NCBI GenBank assembly: GCA_963666735.1
Contig: OY762926.1
Location: 1,408,001-1,472,000, forward strand
DNA: 64,000 bases
Direction: 5' to 3'
DNA from: Gemmatimonadota bacterium
GTDB lineage: Bacteria; Gemmatimonadota; Gemmatimonadetes; Palauibacterales; Palauibacteraceae
In this document: one piece after another, positions 9,855 through 19,701 of the stretch
How the letters are laid out: each line of letters begins with the position of its first letter
How positions within the stretch are numbered: the stretch's first letter is position 1
Notes under the pieces: generated by a model
What the model was told of the DNA's origin: nothing
Databases searched by the model: none
The model's input: only the letters and a program-made list of their open reading frames with translations
Translations under genes and position numbers: made by a program

Positions 9855-10426
9855 GGGTCCCCGCCGTCCGCCGGAGCGGGAGACTGCGGCTCCGCATCGA
9901 GCAGGGCGTGGCGTAGCGACACATACCGCTCGCCGTCACGAATGACGAGCGCCCGGGCGACAAGGTCATCGAGCAGCCCGCGTACCCGGTCGAGAGGAAG
10001 TTCGAGCCGGTCGGCGAGCGGAGACGCGCCGGTGCGGCCGAGACTCCATATCTCGCGCCACACCGCGGAGGCGCCGGGATCGAGCGCGCCCATCAGCAAC
10101 GGTTCCCCGTCGGTACTCTCGGCAGCGGCCGCGAGCCCCCGGTGCCGCAGGACCGAGTCGATCGGCCCGAGGTGGTGCTCCGCGATCCCGCGAAAGAGGA
10201 TGAAGGACCGGCGCGGCGAGGCGTCCGAACCGAGCAGGACCAGCTTCGCGACGATTTCGTCCGCGCAGGAGAAATCGATCACGGGGACGTGGCGCAGGTC
10301 GAGGACCGCGAGGACGGTGCGGTCGGCATCGGCGATCTGGCGTTCGACCGTCGCCCGCACCGTCCGTCCGGTCGGACGCGTGACGAGGTAGCTGAACAGC
10401 GTCGTGTGGGCGACCGCCGGTCTCAC
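9851..10426 (-). CDS. STAS-like (DUF4325-type) domain + C-terminal winged helix-turn-helix protein
   Basis: TRPTGRTVR…VLDLRHVPVIDFSCADEIV resembles STAS/DUF4325; C-terminal SPLADRLELPLDRVRGLLDDLVARALV resembles a wHTH. Start uncertain (GTG 10426). Confidence 0.62.
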   Translation of the reverse strand: MRPAVAHTTLFSYLVTRPTGRTVRATVERQIADADRTVLAVLDLRHVPVIDFSCADEIVAKLVLLGSDASPRRSFILFRGIAEHHLGPIDSVLRHRGLAAAAESTDGEPLLMGALDPGASAVWREIWSLGRTGASPLADRLELPLDRVRGLLDDLVARALVIRDGERYVSLRHALLDAEPQSPAPADGGDP

Positions 10427-10430
10427 GCGA

Positions 10431-11333
10431 TCATGTCCCTTCTCTCTCGACCCGCTCGGGCAGGACAATCAGCACCTGAGCGCCGGGAAAACGGGGCAGA
10501 TCCGTGCTGAGCGGCTCGCCTTCGTCCCAGTCCGGCACCCTTGCGATGCTCGCATCGCCGCTTCGGATGCGGATGGCGCCGTTCCACTTGATGATCTGGC
10601 TTCGGATCGCCTGCAGGCCCTGGCCGCGACCGGGATCCGCGAAGCGCGACTCGCCGCGCAGAAAGGCCGCTTCCAACGCGGCTGCCGCCGACCACCGCTC
10701 TCCATAGCGGCGCGCATGCTCGGCGCCCAGGGAGCCCTCGAAGCCCACGCCCACATCCATCACGGCGAGCACGACGACGTCGCGGCCCAGACGTCGCTGC
10801 CACCGGTACCGCTGCGCACACACCCAGCCGATCGAGTTGGCGTGTTCGAGGATGTTCTGGCACACCTCCGACAGCATGACGGAGAAGTGGATCACGGCGG
10901 GGCGGGGGTAGCCGAGCCGATCGTGCAGGATGCGCTGCGCCCGGTCCCGCACACCCTCCACGACCGAATGGACATCCTCGTGCGAGCGGATCGTCGTGAC
11001 TTCGATGAGGGCATCGGAGATCTCGAGAGACGGCTTCGGCAGCTGCTTCAGATCGAACACCTGTGCGGCGGCGGGCCAGAAGCGCATGCGGTTGATGTAG
11101 GAACGGACCTCGGAATCTCGCGGAGGCTCGATCAGCGGAGGCAGCCCCGTGCGAAGGCGCGCCTCCTGACCGACCGCCAGCAGGCCGATGAGCCCGTACG
11201 GCGACACCCAGCCGACGGAGCGGGCATCGAGCAGGAGACGGGCCGCCGGATTGCCCTCCGACCGGACGCGCCGGACCAGCGTCTCGAAGGAAACCTCGTC
11301 CAGGCGTTCGGGGACGCGGACGACCCGGCTCAC
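10431..11333 (-). CDS. STAS-like N-domain + HATPase_c (RsbW/SpoIIAB-like Ser/Thr kinase) protein
   Basis: N-box SEVCQNILEHA, G1 MDVGVG, G2 GRGQGL, no His-phosphoacceptor box; N-terminal LLDARSVGWVSPYGL; GTGA overlap with the pfkB stop. Confidence 0.75.
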   Translation of the reverse strand: MSRVVRVPERLDEVSFETLVRRVRSEGNPAARLLLDARSVGWVSPYGLIGLLAVGQEARLRTGLPPLIEPPRDSEVRSYINRMRFWPAAAQVFDLKQLPKPSLEISDALIEVTTIRSHEDVHSVVEGVRDRAQRILHDRLGYPRPAVIHFSVMLSEVCQNILEHANSIGWVCAQRYRWQRRLGRDVVVLAVMDVGVGFEGSLGAEHARRYGERWSAAAALEAAFLRGESRFADPGRGQGLQAIRSQIIKWNGAIRIRSGDASIARVPDWDEGEPLSTDLPRFPGAQVLIVLPERVEREGT

Positions 11334-12355
11334 GCGGCCCCGCCCGCCGGACACCCGGCCCTGCCGGTCAGGAGGCCGGTCTCGGAGCGCAGGTACTCGC
11401 CGAGTCCGGATGCGCCGCGGAATCCAGCGTTCCGTTGCGCCGCCCGCGTCGCCGCCCCGACGGACGACTCGAGATCCTCGCCGCTCAGCATCGTGACGAA
11501 GCAGGTCGCCCCCCACACGTCTCCGCAGCCGGTCGGGTCGCCCCCGGACACCGGCACCTCGGGCTCCACCTTCCCGCTCACGAGCGCTTCCGCAGGCGCA
11601 ACGGCGCCGGGCGGCGGGGGCGCATCGGCCGGCGCCTGCCAGAAGCTGCGGGTCGCGACCCAGGCGGCGCCCCGCTCCCCGAGCGTGACGAGGAGGCCGC
11701 GCGTGACCGGACCCACCACGTCCGCGGCGAGCGCCCATGGATCTTCCCAGCCCGCCGCCAGCATGCCGAGTTCATCCTCGTTCAGCTGCACGACATCGAA
11801 ACAGGAGAGCCAGGCGCGCCAGTCGTCGAGCGGACGCGGAGATCGCACTCCGTCCGTCCCCACTCCGAGCATCAACGAGTGCAGATCGGCATAGACCGGC
11901 CCTCCCGTCGCCGCCCGCAGCGCCGCGGCGGCGGGGAGGTCCACCTCCCAGCCGGCGATGAAATTCACGTAGATCGCGTCGCACGAGCGTGCGAGGGGCA
12001 CGAGTTCCTCCCGGGTCCAGCCCGGCACTCCGCCCGTGAGCTTCTCGGAGCGCCGCGCGTCATCGAGGTAAATGAGTTCGACCCGGTTGTTCGGTTCCGT
12101 CACGGTCCACACGCCATCGAAGGAGTCGACCCGCTCGAGCCCCCCGAGGAAGAGGTCCGCCGCCTCGCGCATGTCCCTTCCGATCTTGAGAATCGGAAAC
12201 AGCGTCCAGCCTTCCCCGGCCTCCGCCAGGGCGGCGTCGGCGGCAGCCAGCGCGTAGCCGATCCCTCCCCATTCCTCGACCGGCCCCTCCCGGCCGATGT
12301 CCCGGGCGCGGATCGTATCCCAGACCATCGTCCCCACGACCCCGAGCCGCGGCAT
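11330..12355 (-). CDS. PfkB/ribokinase family carbohydrate kinase
   Basis: WGGIGY, QLNEDE, VTLGERGA, anion hole DPTGCGD. Confidence 0.85.
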   Translation of the reverse strand: MPRLGVVGTMVWDTIRARDIGREGPVEEWGGIGYALAAADAALAEAGEGWTLFPILKIGRDMREAADLFLGGLERVDSFDGVWTVTEPNNRVELIYLDDARRSEKLTGGVPGWTREELVPLARSCDAIYVNFIAGWEVDLPAAAALRAATGGPVYADLHSLMLGVGTDGVRSPRPLDDWRAWLSCFDVVQLNEDELGMLAAGWEDPWALAADVVGPVTRGLLVTLGERGAAWVATRSFWQAPADAPPPPGAVAPAEALVSGKVEPEVPVSGGDPTGCGDVWGATCFVTMLSGEDLESSVGAATRAAQRNAGFRGASGLGEYLRSETGLLTGRAGCPAGGAA

Positions 12356-12358
12356 GAC

Positions 12359-13351
12359 TCAGAGGGGTCCGAGCCGCGCGACGCGGAACACGGCGGCGGC
12401 CCCGATGACTCCCGCCATGCCGCCGAGTTCGGTGCGCACGATCCGGCAGGCCTCGGCCGCCGGCCGGAACGCCCGCTTCCTGACCTCACGGCGCAATGGA
12501 TCGAAGAGGTGCTTGCCCGCCCGCGTCACCCCCCCGGAAACCACGATCATCTCCGGGTTGAGAACGTTGATGAGGTTCGCCAGGCCGGTCCCGAGATATC
12601 CCGCCGTCTCGCGCATCACGTCGGCGGCATACTGGTCGCCCGCCACGATGGCATCGGATACGGCTTCGGCCGTGACCGCCCGCAGGTCGCCACCCACGAG
12701 ATCCGGAAGCATGCTCTCGGCGCCTGCCTTCAGCCCTTCCACCGCGCGCGCCGCGATCGCGGGCCCGGAGGCGTAGGCCTCCAGGCAACCGTAGCTGCCG
12801 CACGCGCACTTCCGGCCCGTGGAATCGATCGTCATGTGTCCGATCTCCGCGGCCGCGTCCGAGGCTCCGTGGTAGAGTTCGCCGTCGAGCACGATGCCGC
12901 CGCCGATCCCCGTCCCCAGAGTGATACCCACGAGGTTGTCGACCCCCCGCCCCGCGCCCCGCCACCACTCCCCGAGCGTGGCGGCGTTCGCGTCGTTGTC
13001 GAGTTCGGCTTCGAGTCCGGTTCCCTTCACGATCAGGTCGCGGAGAGGGAAGTTCCGCCACCCGAGATTCGGCGTCTCGATCACGGTGCCCGTGTCGCGG
13101 TCCAGCGGCCCGGGCGCCCCCATTCCGACCCCGACGATCGCGTCCTCGTCGAATCCGCCCTCGCGCGCGGCATCGCGCTTGACGTCGCGGATCATCGACA
13201 CGATCCGGTCCACGACGAATTTCGCGCCGATGTGGGCGTCCGTGGGCAGCGAATGCATGCCGAGCACGGTGCCGCCGTCCACCGGAACGGCGCCGACGTT
13301 GATCGTGGTTCCCCCAAGATCGACGCCGATGATGTGGTTTCTTCCGCTCAC
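12359..13351 (-). CDS. ROK family sugar kinase (glucokinase/GlcNAc kinase-like)
   Basis: GVDLGGT, NDANAA, GTGIGGG, EIGH, CACGSYGCLE; no N-terminal HTH; GTG start at 13351. Confidence 0.92.
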   Translation of the reverse strand: MSGRNHIIGVDLGGTTINVGAVPVDGGTVLGMHSLPTDAHIGAKFVVDRIVSMIRDVKRDAAREGGFDEDAIVGVGMGAPGPLDRDTGTVIETPNLGWRNFPLRDLIVKGTGLEAELDNDANAATLGEWWRGAGRGVDNLVGITLGTGIGGGIVLDGELYHGASDAAAEIGHMTIDSTGRKCACGSYGCLEAYASGPAIAARAVEGLKAGAESMLPDLVGGDLRAVTAEAVSDAIVAGDQYAADVMRETAGYLGTGLANLINVLNPEMIVVSGGVTRAGKHLFDPLRREVRKRAFRPAAEACRIVRTELGGMAGVIGAAAVFRVARLGPL

Positions 13352-13473
13352 GCCCCTACCCGCCTCCCGCTGGTGGGACAGCCCGCCGCCCGGTACGCTT
13401 CGGAGAATCATAGACCGGCGAGCCGAACCGCTCCAGCCGCCCCGGGGCCGGTGATCCTGGCAACCCGTGGCTG

Positions 13474-15288
13474 CTAGTCGCTCTCGACCTGCAGGACGGC
13501 GAGAAAGGCCTCCTGGGGGATCTCGACGCTCCCGACCTGCTTCATGCGCCGCTTCCCCTCCCTCTGCTTCTCGAGGAGCTTCCGCTTTCGCGTGATGTCG
13601 CCTCCGTAGCACTTGGCGGTGACGTTCTTGCGCAGCGCCTTCACCGTCGTCCTCGCGATCACGTCCCGCCCGATCGCCGCCTGGATCGCCACGTCGAAGA
13701 GTTGCCGCGGGATGAGTTCCTTGAGCTTGCGGGCCATCTTCTGCCCGAAATCGTAGGCCCGGCTCCGGTGCACGATGACGCTCAGTGCGTCCACGGACGC
13801 CCCGTTGAGGAGGATATCCAGCTTCACCAGGTCCGAACGCTCGTGGCCCGTCACCTCGTAGTCGAGCGAAGCGTATCCGCGCGAGACGGACTTCAGCTTG
13901 TCGTAGAAGTCGAGCACGATCTCGCCCAGGGGCATCGAATAGGAGATCTCGACCCGGGTGGGATCCAGATACTGGAGGTCGACGTACTTCCCGCGCCGAT
14001 CATGGCAAATCTTCTGGATCGCGCCGATGTACTCGGCCGGCGACACGACGCGAACCCGGACGAAGGGCTCCCGCACTTCGCTGATGTGGACGCGGTCCGG
14101 CATCTTCGACGGGTTTTCGAGCTGGACCTCGTCGTCGTTCGTGAGCGTCACCTGGTACTCCACGCTGGGCAGCGTCGTGATGAGGTCGACGCCGAACTCC
14201 CGGTCCAGCCGCTCCTGTACGATCTCCAGGTGGAGGAGCCCCAGGAAGCCGCACCGGAACCCGAAGCCGAGCGCGCCCGATGTCTCCGGCTCGTAGTTGA
14301 GGCTGGCGTCGTTCAACTGGAGCTTTTCGAGCGCCTCGCGGAGTTCCTCGAACTGGTCGGAGTCCGTCGGATAGACGCCGGCGAAGACCATCGGCTTCGC
14401 TTCCCGGTAGCCGGGGAGGACCTCCGCGGCGCGATCTCGGGCGTCCAGCACCGTGTCGCCGACCCGCGTATGGCCCACGTTCTTGATCTGGGCCGTGAGA
14501 TACCCGACCTCCCCGCAGCGGAGGGCGCCGGCGCGCTCGAACCCGAGTCGCATGAAGCCGACCTCGTCGACCTCGTAGACCGCCTCGTGGCGTCCGAAGC
14601 CGATGCGCATGCCCTCGCGCAGTTCGCCATCCACGACGCGCAGCATGGGCATCGCCCCGCGATAGCGGTCGTACTGCGAGTCGAAGATGAGCGCTCGCAG
14701 CGGCGCCCCGGGGTCTCCGTCCGGGGCCGGGATGCGCTCGACGATGGCGTCGAGGACCGCGTCGATCCCCGTCCCTTCCTTCGCGGAGACCTGGATCGTC
14801 GAGGCGGGATCCACACCGATCAACTCCGAGATCTCCGCCGCGGCACGTTTCGGGTCGGCCGCGGGGAGGTCGATCTTGTTGATCACGGGGACGACCTCGA
14901 GATCCGCCTCGAGCGCGAGGAAGAGGTTCGCGAGCGTCTGCGCCTCGATGCCCTGAGTCGCGTCGACGACGAGGAGGGCCCCCTCGCACGCGGCGAGACT
15001 CCGGCTCACCTCGTAGGCGAAGTCGACGTGCCCCGGCGTGTCGATGAGGTTGAGCTGATACTCAACCCCGTCCCGGTATCCGTAGGCCATGCGAATCGCG
15101 TTGAGCTTGATCGTGATCCCGCGCTCGCGCTCGAGTTCCATCGAGTCGAGGACCTGTTTCCGCATCCGGCGCGCGTCCACGGTGCCGGTACGCTCGAGCA
15201 GCCGGTCGGCCAGCGTCGACTTCCCGTGGTCGATGTGCGCGATGATGGAGAAATTCCGGATGCGCTCCGTGCTCCGGGGCGCGGTCAC
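13474..15288 (-). CDS. lepA: Translation elongation factor 4 (LepA)
   Basis: [52 protein letters not shown] 15288 overlaps the upstream stop. Confidence 0.98.
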   Translation of the reverse strand: MTAPRSTERIRNFSIIAHIDHGKSTLADRLLERTGTVDARRMRKQVLDSMELERERGITIKLNAIRMAYGYRDGVEYQLNLIDTPGHVDFAYEVSRSLAACEGALLVVDATQGIEAQTLANLFLALEADLEVVPVINKIDLPAADPKRAAAEISELIGVDPASTIQVSAKEGTGIDAVLDAIVERIPAPDGDPGAPLRALIFDSQYDRYRGAMPMLRVVDGELREGMRIGFGRHEAVYEVDEVGFMRLGFERAGALRCGEVGYLTAQIKNVGHTRVGDTVLDARDRAAEVLPGYREAKPMVFAGVYPTDSDQFEELREALEKLQLNDASLNYEPETSGALGFGFRCGFLGLLHLEIVQERLDREFGVDLITTLPSVEYQVTLTNDDEVQLENPSKMPDRVHISEVREPFVRVRVVSPAEYIGAIQKICHDRRGKYVDLQYLDPTRVEISYSMPLGEIVLDFYDKLKSVSRGYASLDYEVTGHERSDLVKLDILLNGASVDALSVIVHRSRAYDFGQKMARKLKELIPRQLFDVAIQAAIGRDVIARTTVKALRKNVTAKCYGGDITRKRKLLEKQREGKRRMKQVGSVEIPQEAFLAVLQVESD

Positions 15289-16058
15289 AGTTCCACCACC
15301 AGTCCGTCGTACGCCGGCGTGACGCCGGCCGGGAGGCGCTGTTCGATTTCCTCGTGTCTCGTCCTGTGCGCGATGTGCGTGATGTACGTGCGCCGGGCTC
15401 CGAGTCGATGCGCCGTCTCCGCAGCCTCCTCCATCGAGAAGTGTCCGGGATGCGGGTCGCCGAACCAGAGCGCGTTCGTCACGAGGACGTCGACGCCCGC
15501 GAACACCTCCATGGCATCCTCGGGTACTGACTTCGCATCGATCAGGACTCCGAGACCGCCGACGCGGAATCCGTAGCTGCGGTACGCTCCGTGCGGAAGC
15601 GCAACGACCCGCAGCGCGAGCCCGCCGGGCTCGATGATGTCGCGGTCGTCGAAGAGCCTCAGATCGAGTCGCGGCACTGCGGATCCGGGCTGGGAAGGGG
15701 TGTCTCCCCAGATATACGAGAAGCGGCTCCGGATGCCGGCGTCGAACTCGCGCGCCACGTAGAACGGGATGGGCCGCCGCTCCCGGAGAGAGAAGATCCG
15801 CAGATCGTCGATCCCGTGCGCATGGTCCGCGTGCTCGTGCGAGAGAAAGACGGCGTCCAGCCGCTCGACGCCCGCCCGGAGCAACTGAAGCCGAAGTTCC
15901 GGAGGCGTGTCCACGAGAAGACGGGCCCCTCCGGCTTCGATGAGGAGTCCGTGGCGCGTGCGTCGGTCCCTGGGGTCCGACGAGCGGCACGTCGCACAGT
16001 CGCAGCCGATCACCGGAACCCCGAAGGAAGTGCCGGTACCGAGAAAACGGACTCTCAC
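15285..16058 (-). CDS. MBL-fold metallo-hydrolase (PhnP-like phosphodiesterase)
   Basis: [34 protein letters not shown]. Confidence 0.9.
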   Translation of the reverse strand: MRVRFLGTGTSFGVPVIGCDCATCRSSDPRDRRTRHGLLIEAGGARLLVDTPPELRLQLLRAGVERLDAVFLSHEHADHAHGIDDLRIFSLRERRPIPFYVAREFDAGIRSRFSYIWGDTPSQPGSAVPRLDLRLFDDRDIIEPGGLALRVVALPHGAYRSYGFRVGGLGVLIDAKSVPEDAMEVFAGVDVLVTNALWFGDPHPGHFSMEEAAETAHRLGARRTYITHIAHRTRHEEIEQRLPAGVTPAYDGLVVEL

Positions 16059-16088
16059 GGGCCGGGCGTCAGTGGCGGAGGAGGCGGA

Positions 16089-17537
16089 TCACAACTCTTC
16101 GACGCGCATCATGTTGGTCGTGCCGGGGACGTGGAAGGGGACTCCGGCCGTCACCACGAAACGCTGCCCCGCCTCGCCCATGCCCAGCTCGAGGGCCACA
16201 TCCCGGGCCTTGTCGAGCATGCTCGAATAGCTGATTCCGCCGTGGAAGAGGATCGGCTGCACGCCCCACACGAGCGCCAGCTGGTTGTACGTCCTCCACT
16301 GGTCCGTGATCGCCAGGATCGGGACCGAGGGACGCTGCGCCGACACGATGCGGGCCGTGTAGCCGCTCTGCGTGAACGTCACGATGAACGGCGAGCCCAC
16401 GCGCTCGACCGCGATCAGCGACGACGCCGCGATCGCGCCCGATGTCGTCTGCTGGATCTTCGAGAAGCCCTCCACCTGCTTGCCGGCCCGCCCGGTGCGT
16501 CCCAGCCGCTCGTGCTCGATTCGACGGATGATCCGGTCCATCGTAAGGACGGCCTGCACCGGATACCCGCCCGCGGCGGTCTCGGCCGAGAGCATCACCG
16601 CATCGGTGCCGTCGAGCAGTGCGTTCGCGACGTCCGATACTTCCGCCCGCGTCGGCTGCGGGCTCTCGATCATCGACTCCAGCATCTGCGTCGCCGTGAT
16701 CACCGGCCGCGCCCGTTCCTGCGCCAAGCCGATGATTCGCTTCTGGATCATCGGCACTTCCTCGTACGGCAGCTCCACGCCGAGGTCGCCCCGCGCAACC
16801 ATGACGGCGTCGCTCAGAGGCAGGATCTCCGCCAGGTTCTCCAGCGCCTGCGACTTCTCGATCTTCGCGATGAGCAGGCACCCCCGGTCCATCTTCCGGC
16901 GGGTCGTTTCGAGGTCGGCCGGTTGCCGCACGAAGCTCAGCGCCAGGTAGTCGATGACCTGTTCGACGGAGAACTCGATGTCCGCGATGTCCTTCTCGGT
17001 CAGCGCCGGCGCGCCGACCCGCACGCCCGGGAGATTGATCCCCTTCTGGGATCTGAGGACGCCGGCACTGAAGGCCACCGCCGAAACCCACGGCGGGTCA
17101 TGGCAGACTTCGCGGACCGCGAACTCGAAGTGCCCATCGTCCAGAAGGATCCGGGTTCCGGGCTCGGCCTCCTCGGCCAACTCCGGATACGTGGTCGGAA
17201 TCCGTCCGCGCGGCGTGCTGCCCGCGGGGGGATCTTCGCCTTCGGGAAAGAACCAGTACGTGCTTTCAGGCTCGATATCGAGCTGGTCGCCCGGCAGATC
17301 CCCGACCCGGATCTTCGGTCCCCCGAGATCGCCGACGATCGCCACCGGCCGGCCGACCTCGCGGGCCACGTCCGAGATCTTCCGTACCATGCCGGCGGCG
17401 CGATCCGTCGACGTATGAGTGAAGTTGATGCGAACTGCGTCGGTTCCGGCCTCAATCAGGTCGTGCAGCACGTCCCGGTCCCAGGAGGCTGGGCCGATCG
17501 TGCTGACGATCTTCGCTCTGCGGAAACCTGCGCTCAT
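16089..17537 (-). CDS. pyk: Pyruvate kinase
   Basis: KIVSTIGPAS, IAKIE, MVARGDLGVE, ATQMLESM, DGTDAVMLSAET. Confidence 0.97.
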   Translation of the reverse strand: MSAGFRRAKIVSTIGPASWDRDVLHDLIEAGTDAVRINFTHTSTDRAAGMVRKISDVAREVGRPVAIVGDLGGPKIRVGDLPGDQLDIEPESTYWFFPEGEDPPAGSTPRGRIPTTYPELAEEAEPGTRILLDDGHFEFAVREVCHDPPWVSAVAFSAGVLRSQKGINLPGVRVGAPALTEKDIADIEFSVEQVIDYLALSFVRQPADLETTRRKMDRGCLLIAKIEKSQALENLAEILPLSDAVMVARGDLGVELPYEEVPMIQKRIIGLAQERARPVITATQMLESMIESPQPTRAEVSDVANALLDGTDAVMLSAETAAGGYPVQAVLTMDRIIRRIEHERLGRTGRAGKQVEGFSKIQQTTSGAIAASSLIAVERVGSPFIVTFTQSGYTARIVSAQRPSVPILAITDQWRTYNQLALVWGVQPILFHGGISYSSMLDKARDVALELGMGEAGQRFVVTAGVPFHVPGTTNMMRVEEL

Positions 17538-17570
17538 CCGTGGCCCAAATGGCGTGGGAGGCCACGGTTC

Positions 17571-17900
17571 CTATCCAGGCAGCCGGCCAGCCTCCGAGAG
17601 ATCGGGTCGGTGGGCTACGATCCACTCGTGCATATGCTGCAACTGGCCGAGCGGGAGCCCCTCGAGGGATTTTATCTGCAAGCCCGGGATGATACAGGCG
17701 GCGGCGCGGCGGAGAAAGTAAGCGCGCTGGCGGCGGCGCTGTTCCGGGTTGAGGCTCGTACCGCCGGGGATGTCCGGGATCGGCTCCATGAGGCGGCGGT
17801 AACTGTAGACTTCGCGGGCGGAAAACTCTGCGGGGATCAGATAGGCGTGGCCTTCGAGTTCGAGGGTGCCGTCCGATGAGATGGCAACGGGACCTGCCAT
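17571..17900 (-). CDS. Hypothetical 109-aa protein
   Basis: Strong SD AAGGAGG before the ATG; protein-like composition, unlike the surrounding shadow ORFs. Confidence 0.7.
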   Translation of the reverse strand: MAGPVAISSDGTLELEGHAYLIPAEFSAREVYSYRRLMEPIPDIPGGTSLNPEQRRRQRAYFLRRAAACIIPGLQIKSLEGLPLGQLQHMHEWIVAHRPDLSEAGRLPG

Positions 17901-18138
17901 GTCCAGCCTCCTTACGCCTTACGTAAGCTGCCAGAGACGCAAAAAACCGTGCCGCCGGAAGGTCGGACAATCTCCTCGATTCCCCTTCATCCCAGCCACA
18001 CGGTCCTCGGGCTTCCAGGATCTACTATAGGCTTGAACGTGCCCTCGATGCAAACTTCCCGTCCCGTTCCGCGCCGGGTTCGGGGCCCGGACACCGCCCG
18101 GGGGAGGATCGGGCCGTGACCGGGCGTGGGCGGGATAT

Positions 18139-18168
18139 TTGACGCGCCGCCGCAGCGGCCGCTAAACT
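18139..18168 (+). promoter_or_regulatory. Putative sigma70 promoter of rpsU
   Basis: TTGACG (18139-44), 18-nt spacer, TAAACT (18163-68), about 55 nt upstream of the TTG start. Confidence 0.55.
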
Positions 18169-18223
18169 TCGGCTCTGTTGCGCCTACGGGCCGCCAGAGT
18201 TGCCCTGCCAGGGAGGCTTACAC

Positions 18224-18424
18224 TTGCAGTACACGCTACGCGACAACGAAGAACTCGACCGCGCGCTGCGGAAATTCCGCCGCAAGGTCCAGCGAGCCGG
18301 GATCTTCCGGGATATCAAGAAGCATCGGTTCTACGAGAAGCCGAGCGAGGCGCGCCGTCGCAAGATGAAGGCGGCGGAACGGCGTCGGCGTCGGCGTCGG
18401 CGTCGCCAGAAGGCCCGCCGCTAG
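18224..18424 (+). CDS. rpsU: 30S ribosomal protein S21
   Basis: [13 protein letters not shown]…[17 protein letters not shown] at 18212-16 before TTG 18224. Confidence 0.94.
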   Translation: MQYTLRDNEELDRALRKFRRKVQRAGIFRDIKKHRFYEKPSEARRRKMKAAERRRRRRRRRQKARR

Positions 18425-19671
18425 CCGGCAGTTCTCCCCGCAGTCTCGCAGTCTCGGGAAAAGCGGCGTTCGACGTACCCGTCGAGAATCTGCAGGAACT
18501 CCTCCACAATCCCGTCGCCGCGCAGCGTCGAGTGGTGTTCGCCATCGACGTAGACGGGCGCAGTCGGCGCCTCGGCGACCCCCGGTAGCGAGATACCGAG
18601 GTCCGCATGCTTCGACTCGCCCGGCCCGTTGACCACGCACCCCATCACGGCCACGGAGAGGTCCTCGACGCCGGGATAATGCTCCCGCCAAGCCGCAAGA
18701 CGATCCGCAATATGGCTTTCGACGTCGAGCGCCAGCTGCTGGAAGAAGGTGCTCGTCGTCCTTCCGCAGCCGGGGCACGCCGTCACCTGAGGCTTGAAGC
18801 TCCTCAACTCGAGCGACTGCAGCAGCTGCTGCGCGATCCGGACCTCCTCGGTCCGGTCGGCGCCGGGTTCCGGTGTCAACGACACGCGGATCGTGTCGCC
18901 GATCCCCTCCGAGAGCAGGATGGCGAGGGCGGCCGAGGACGCGACCGTGCCCTTCCGCCCCATCCCCGCTTCCGTGAGTCCGAGGTGTAGCGGGTAGTCG
19001 CAGCGGGACGCGAGTTCGCGGTACACGGTCACGAGATCCGGCACGCGCGACACCTTCGCGCTGAGCACGATCCGGTCGGGCTCTAGACCGAGGCTTTCCG
19101 CGGTTTCGGCCGAGGCCAGCGCGCTCTCCACGATCGCGTCGAGGGTCACCCGGTGCGCATCCAGCGGCTCCGCGCGGCGCGCGTTCTCATCCATGAGCCG
19201 GGTCAGGAGCATCTGGTCCAGCGAGCCCCAGTTGACGCCGATGCGGACGGCCTTGTCGTGCTCGATCGCGCAGCGAATGATCGTCGCGAACTGCTCATCG
19301 CGCCGCTTTCGGCCGACGTTGCCCGGGTTGATGCGAAACTTGGAGAGGGCGGCAGCGCAGTCGGGATGGCCGGGCAGGAGGATGTGCCCGTTGAAGTGGA
19401 AGTCGCCGACGAGCGGGACTTCGATCCCCAGGCCCAAAAGATGTTCCGCGATCCGCGGCACCGCTCGGGCGGCACGTGGCGTATTCACGGTGATGCGGAC
19501 GATTTCCGAGCCCGCCTCGCAGAGTGCCCGGACCTGGTCCGCCGTGGCCGCCACATCCGCCGTATCGGTGTTCGTCATCGACTGGACGACGATGGGATGG
19601 GCGCTGCCCACCCGAACGCCTCCGATGTCGACGGACTTCGTCGAGCGACGTGAAGAAGTGGGAGTGTTCAA
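18421..19671 (-). CDS. ispG: (E)-4-hydroxy-3-methylbut-2-enyl-diphosphate synthase
   Basis: [46 protein letters not shown]. Confidence 0.97.
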   Translation of the reverse strand: MNTPTSSRRSTKSVDIGGVRVGSAHPIVVQSMTNTDTADVAATADQVRALCEAGSEIVRITVNTPRAARAVPRIAEHLLGLGIEVPLVGDFHFNGHILLPGHPDCAAALSKFRINPGNVGRKRRDEQFATIIRCAIEHDKAVRIGVNWGSLDQMLLTRLMDENARRAEPLDAHRVTLDAIVESALASAETAESLGLEPDRIVLSAKVSRVPDLVTVYRELASRCDYPLHLGLTEAGMGRKGTVASSAALAILLSEGIGDTIRVSLTPEPGADRTEEVRIAQQLLQSLELRSFKPQVTACPGCGRTTSTFFQQLALDVESHIADRLAAWREHYPGVEDLSVAVMGCVVNGPGESKHADLGISLPGVAEAPTAPVYVDGEHHSTLRGDGIVEEFLQILDGYVERRFSRDCETAGRTAG

Positions 19672-19701
19672 GGGCTTACTGCTGTGGATGAACCGGTGGC
19701 G

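Noticed and set aside
13702..17879. Long + strand ORFs (624 aa and 762 aa) and many similar long antisense or alternate-frame ORFs throughout the window
   Set aside because: They lie opposite clear genes (lepA, pyk and others), are Arg/Pro/Gly-rich and have no motifs; these are the expected shadows of high-GC codon usage.
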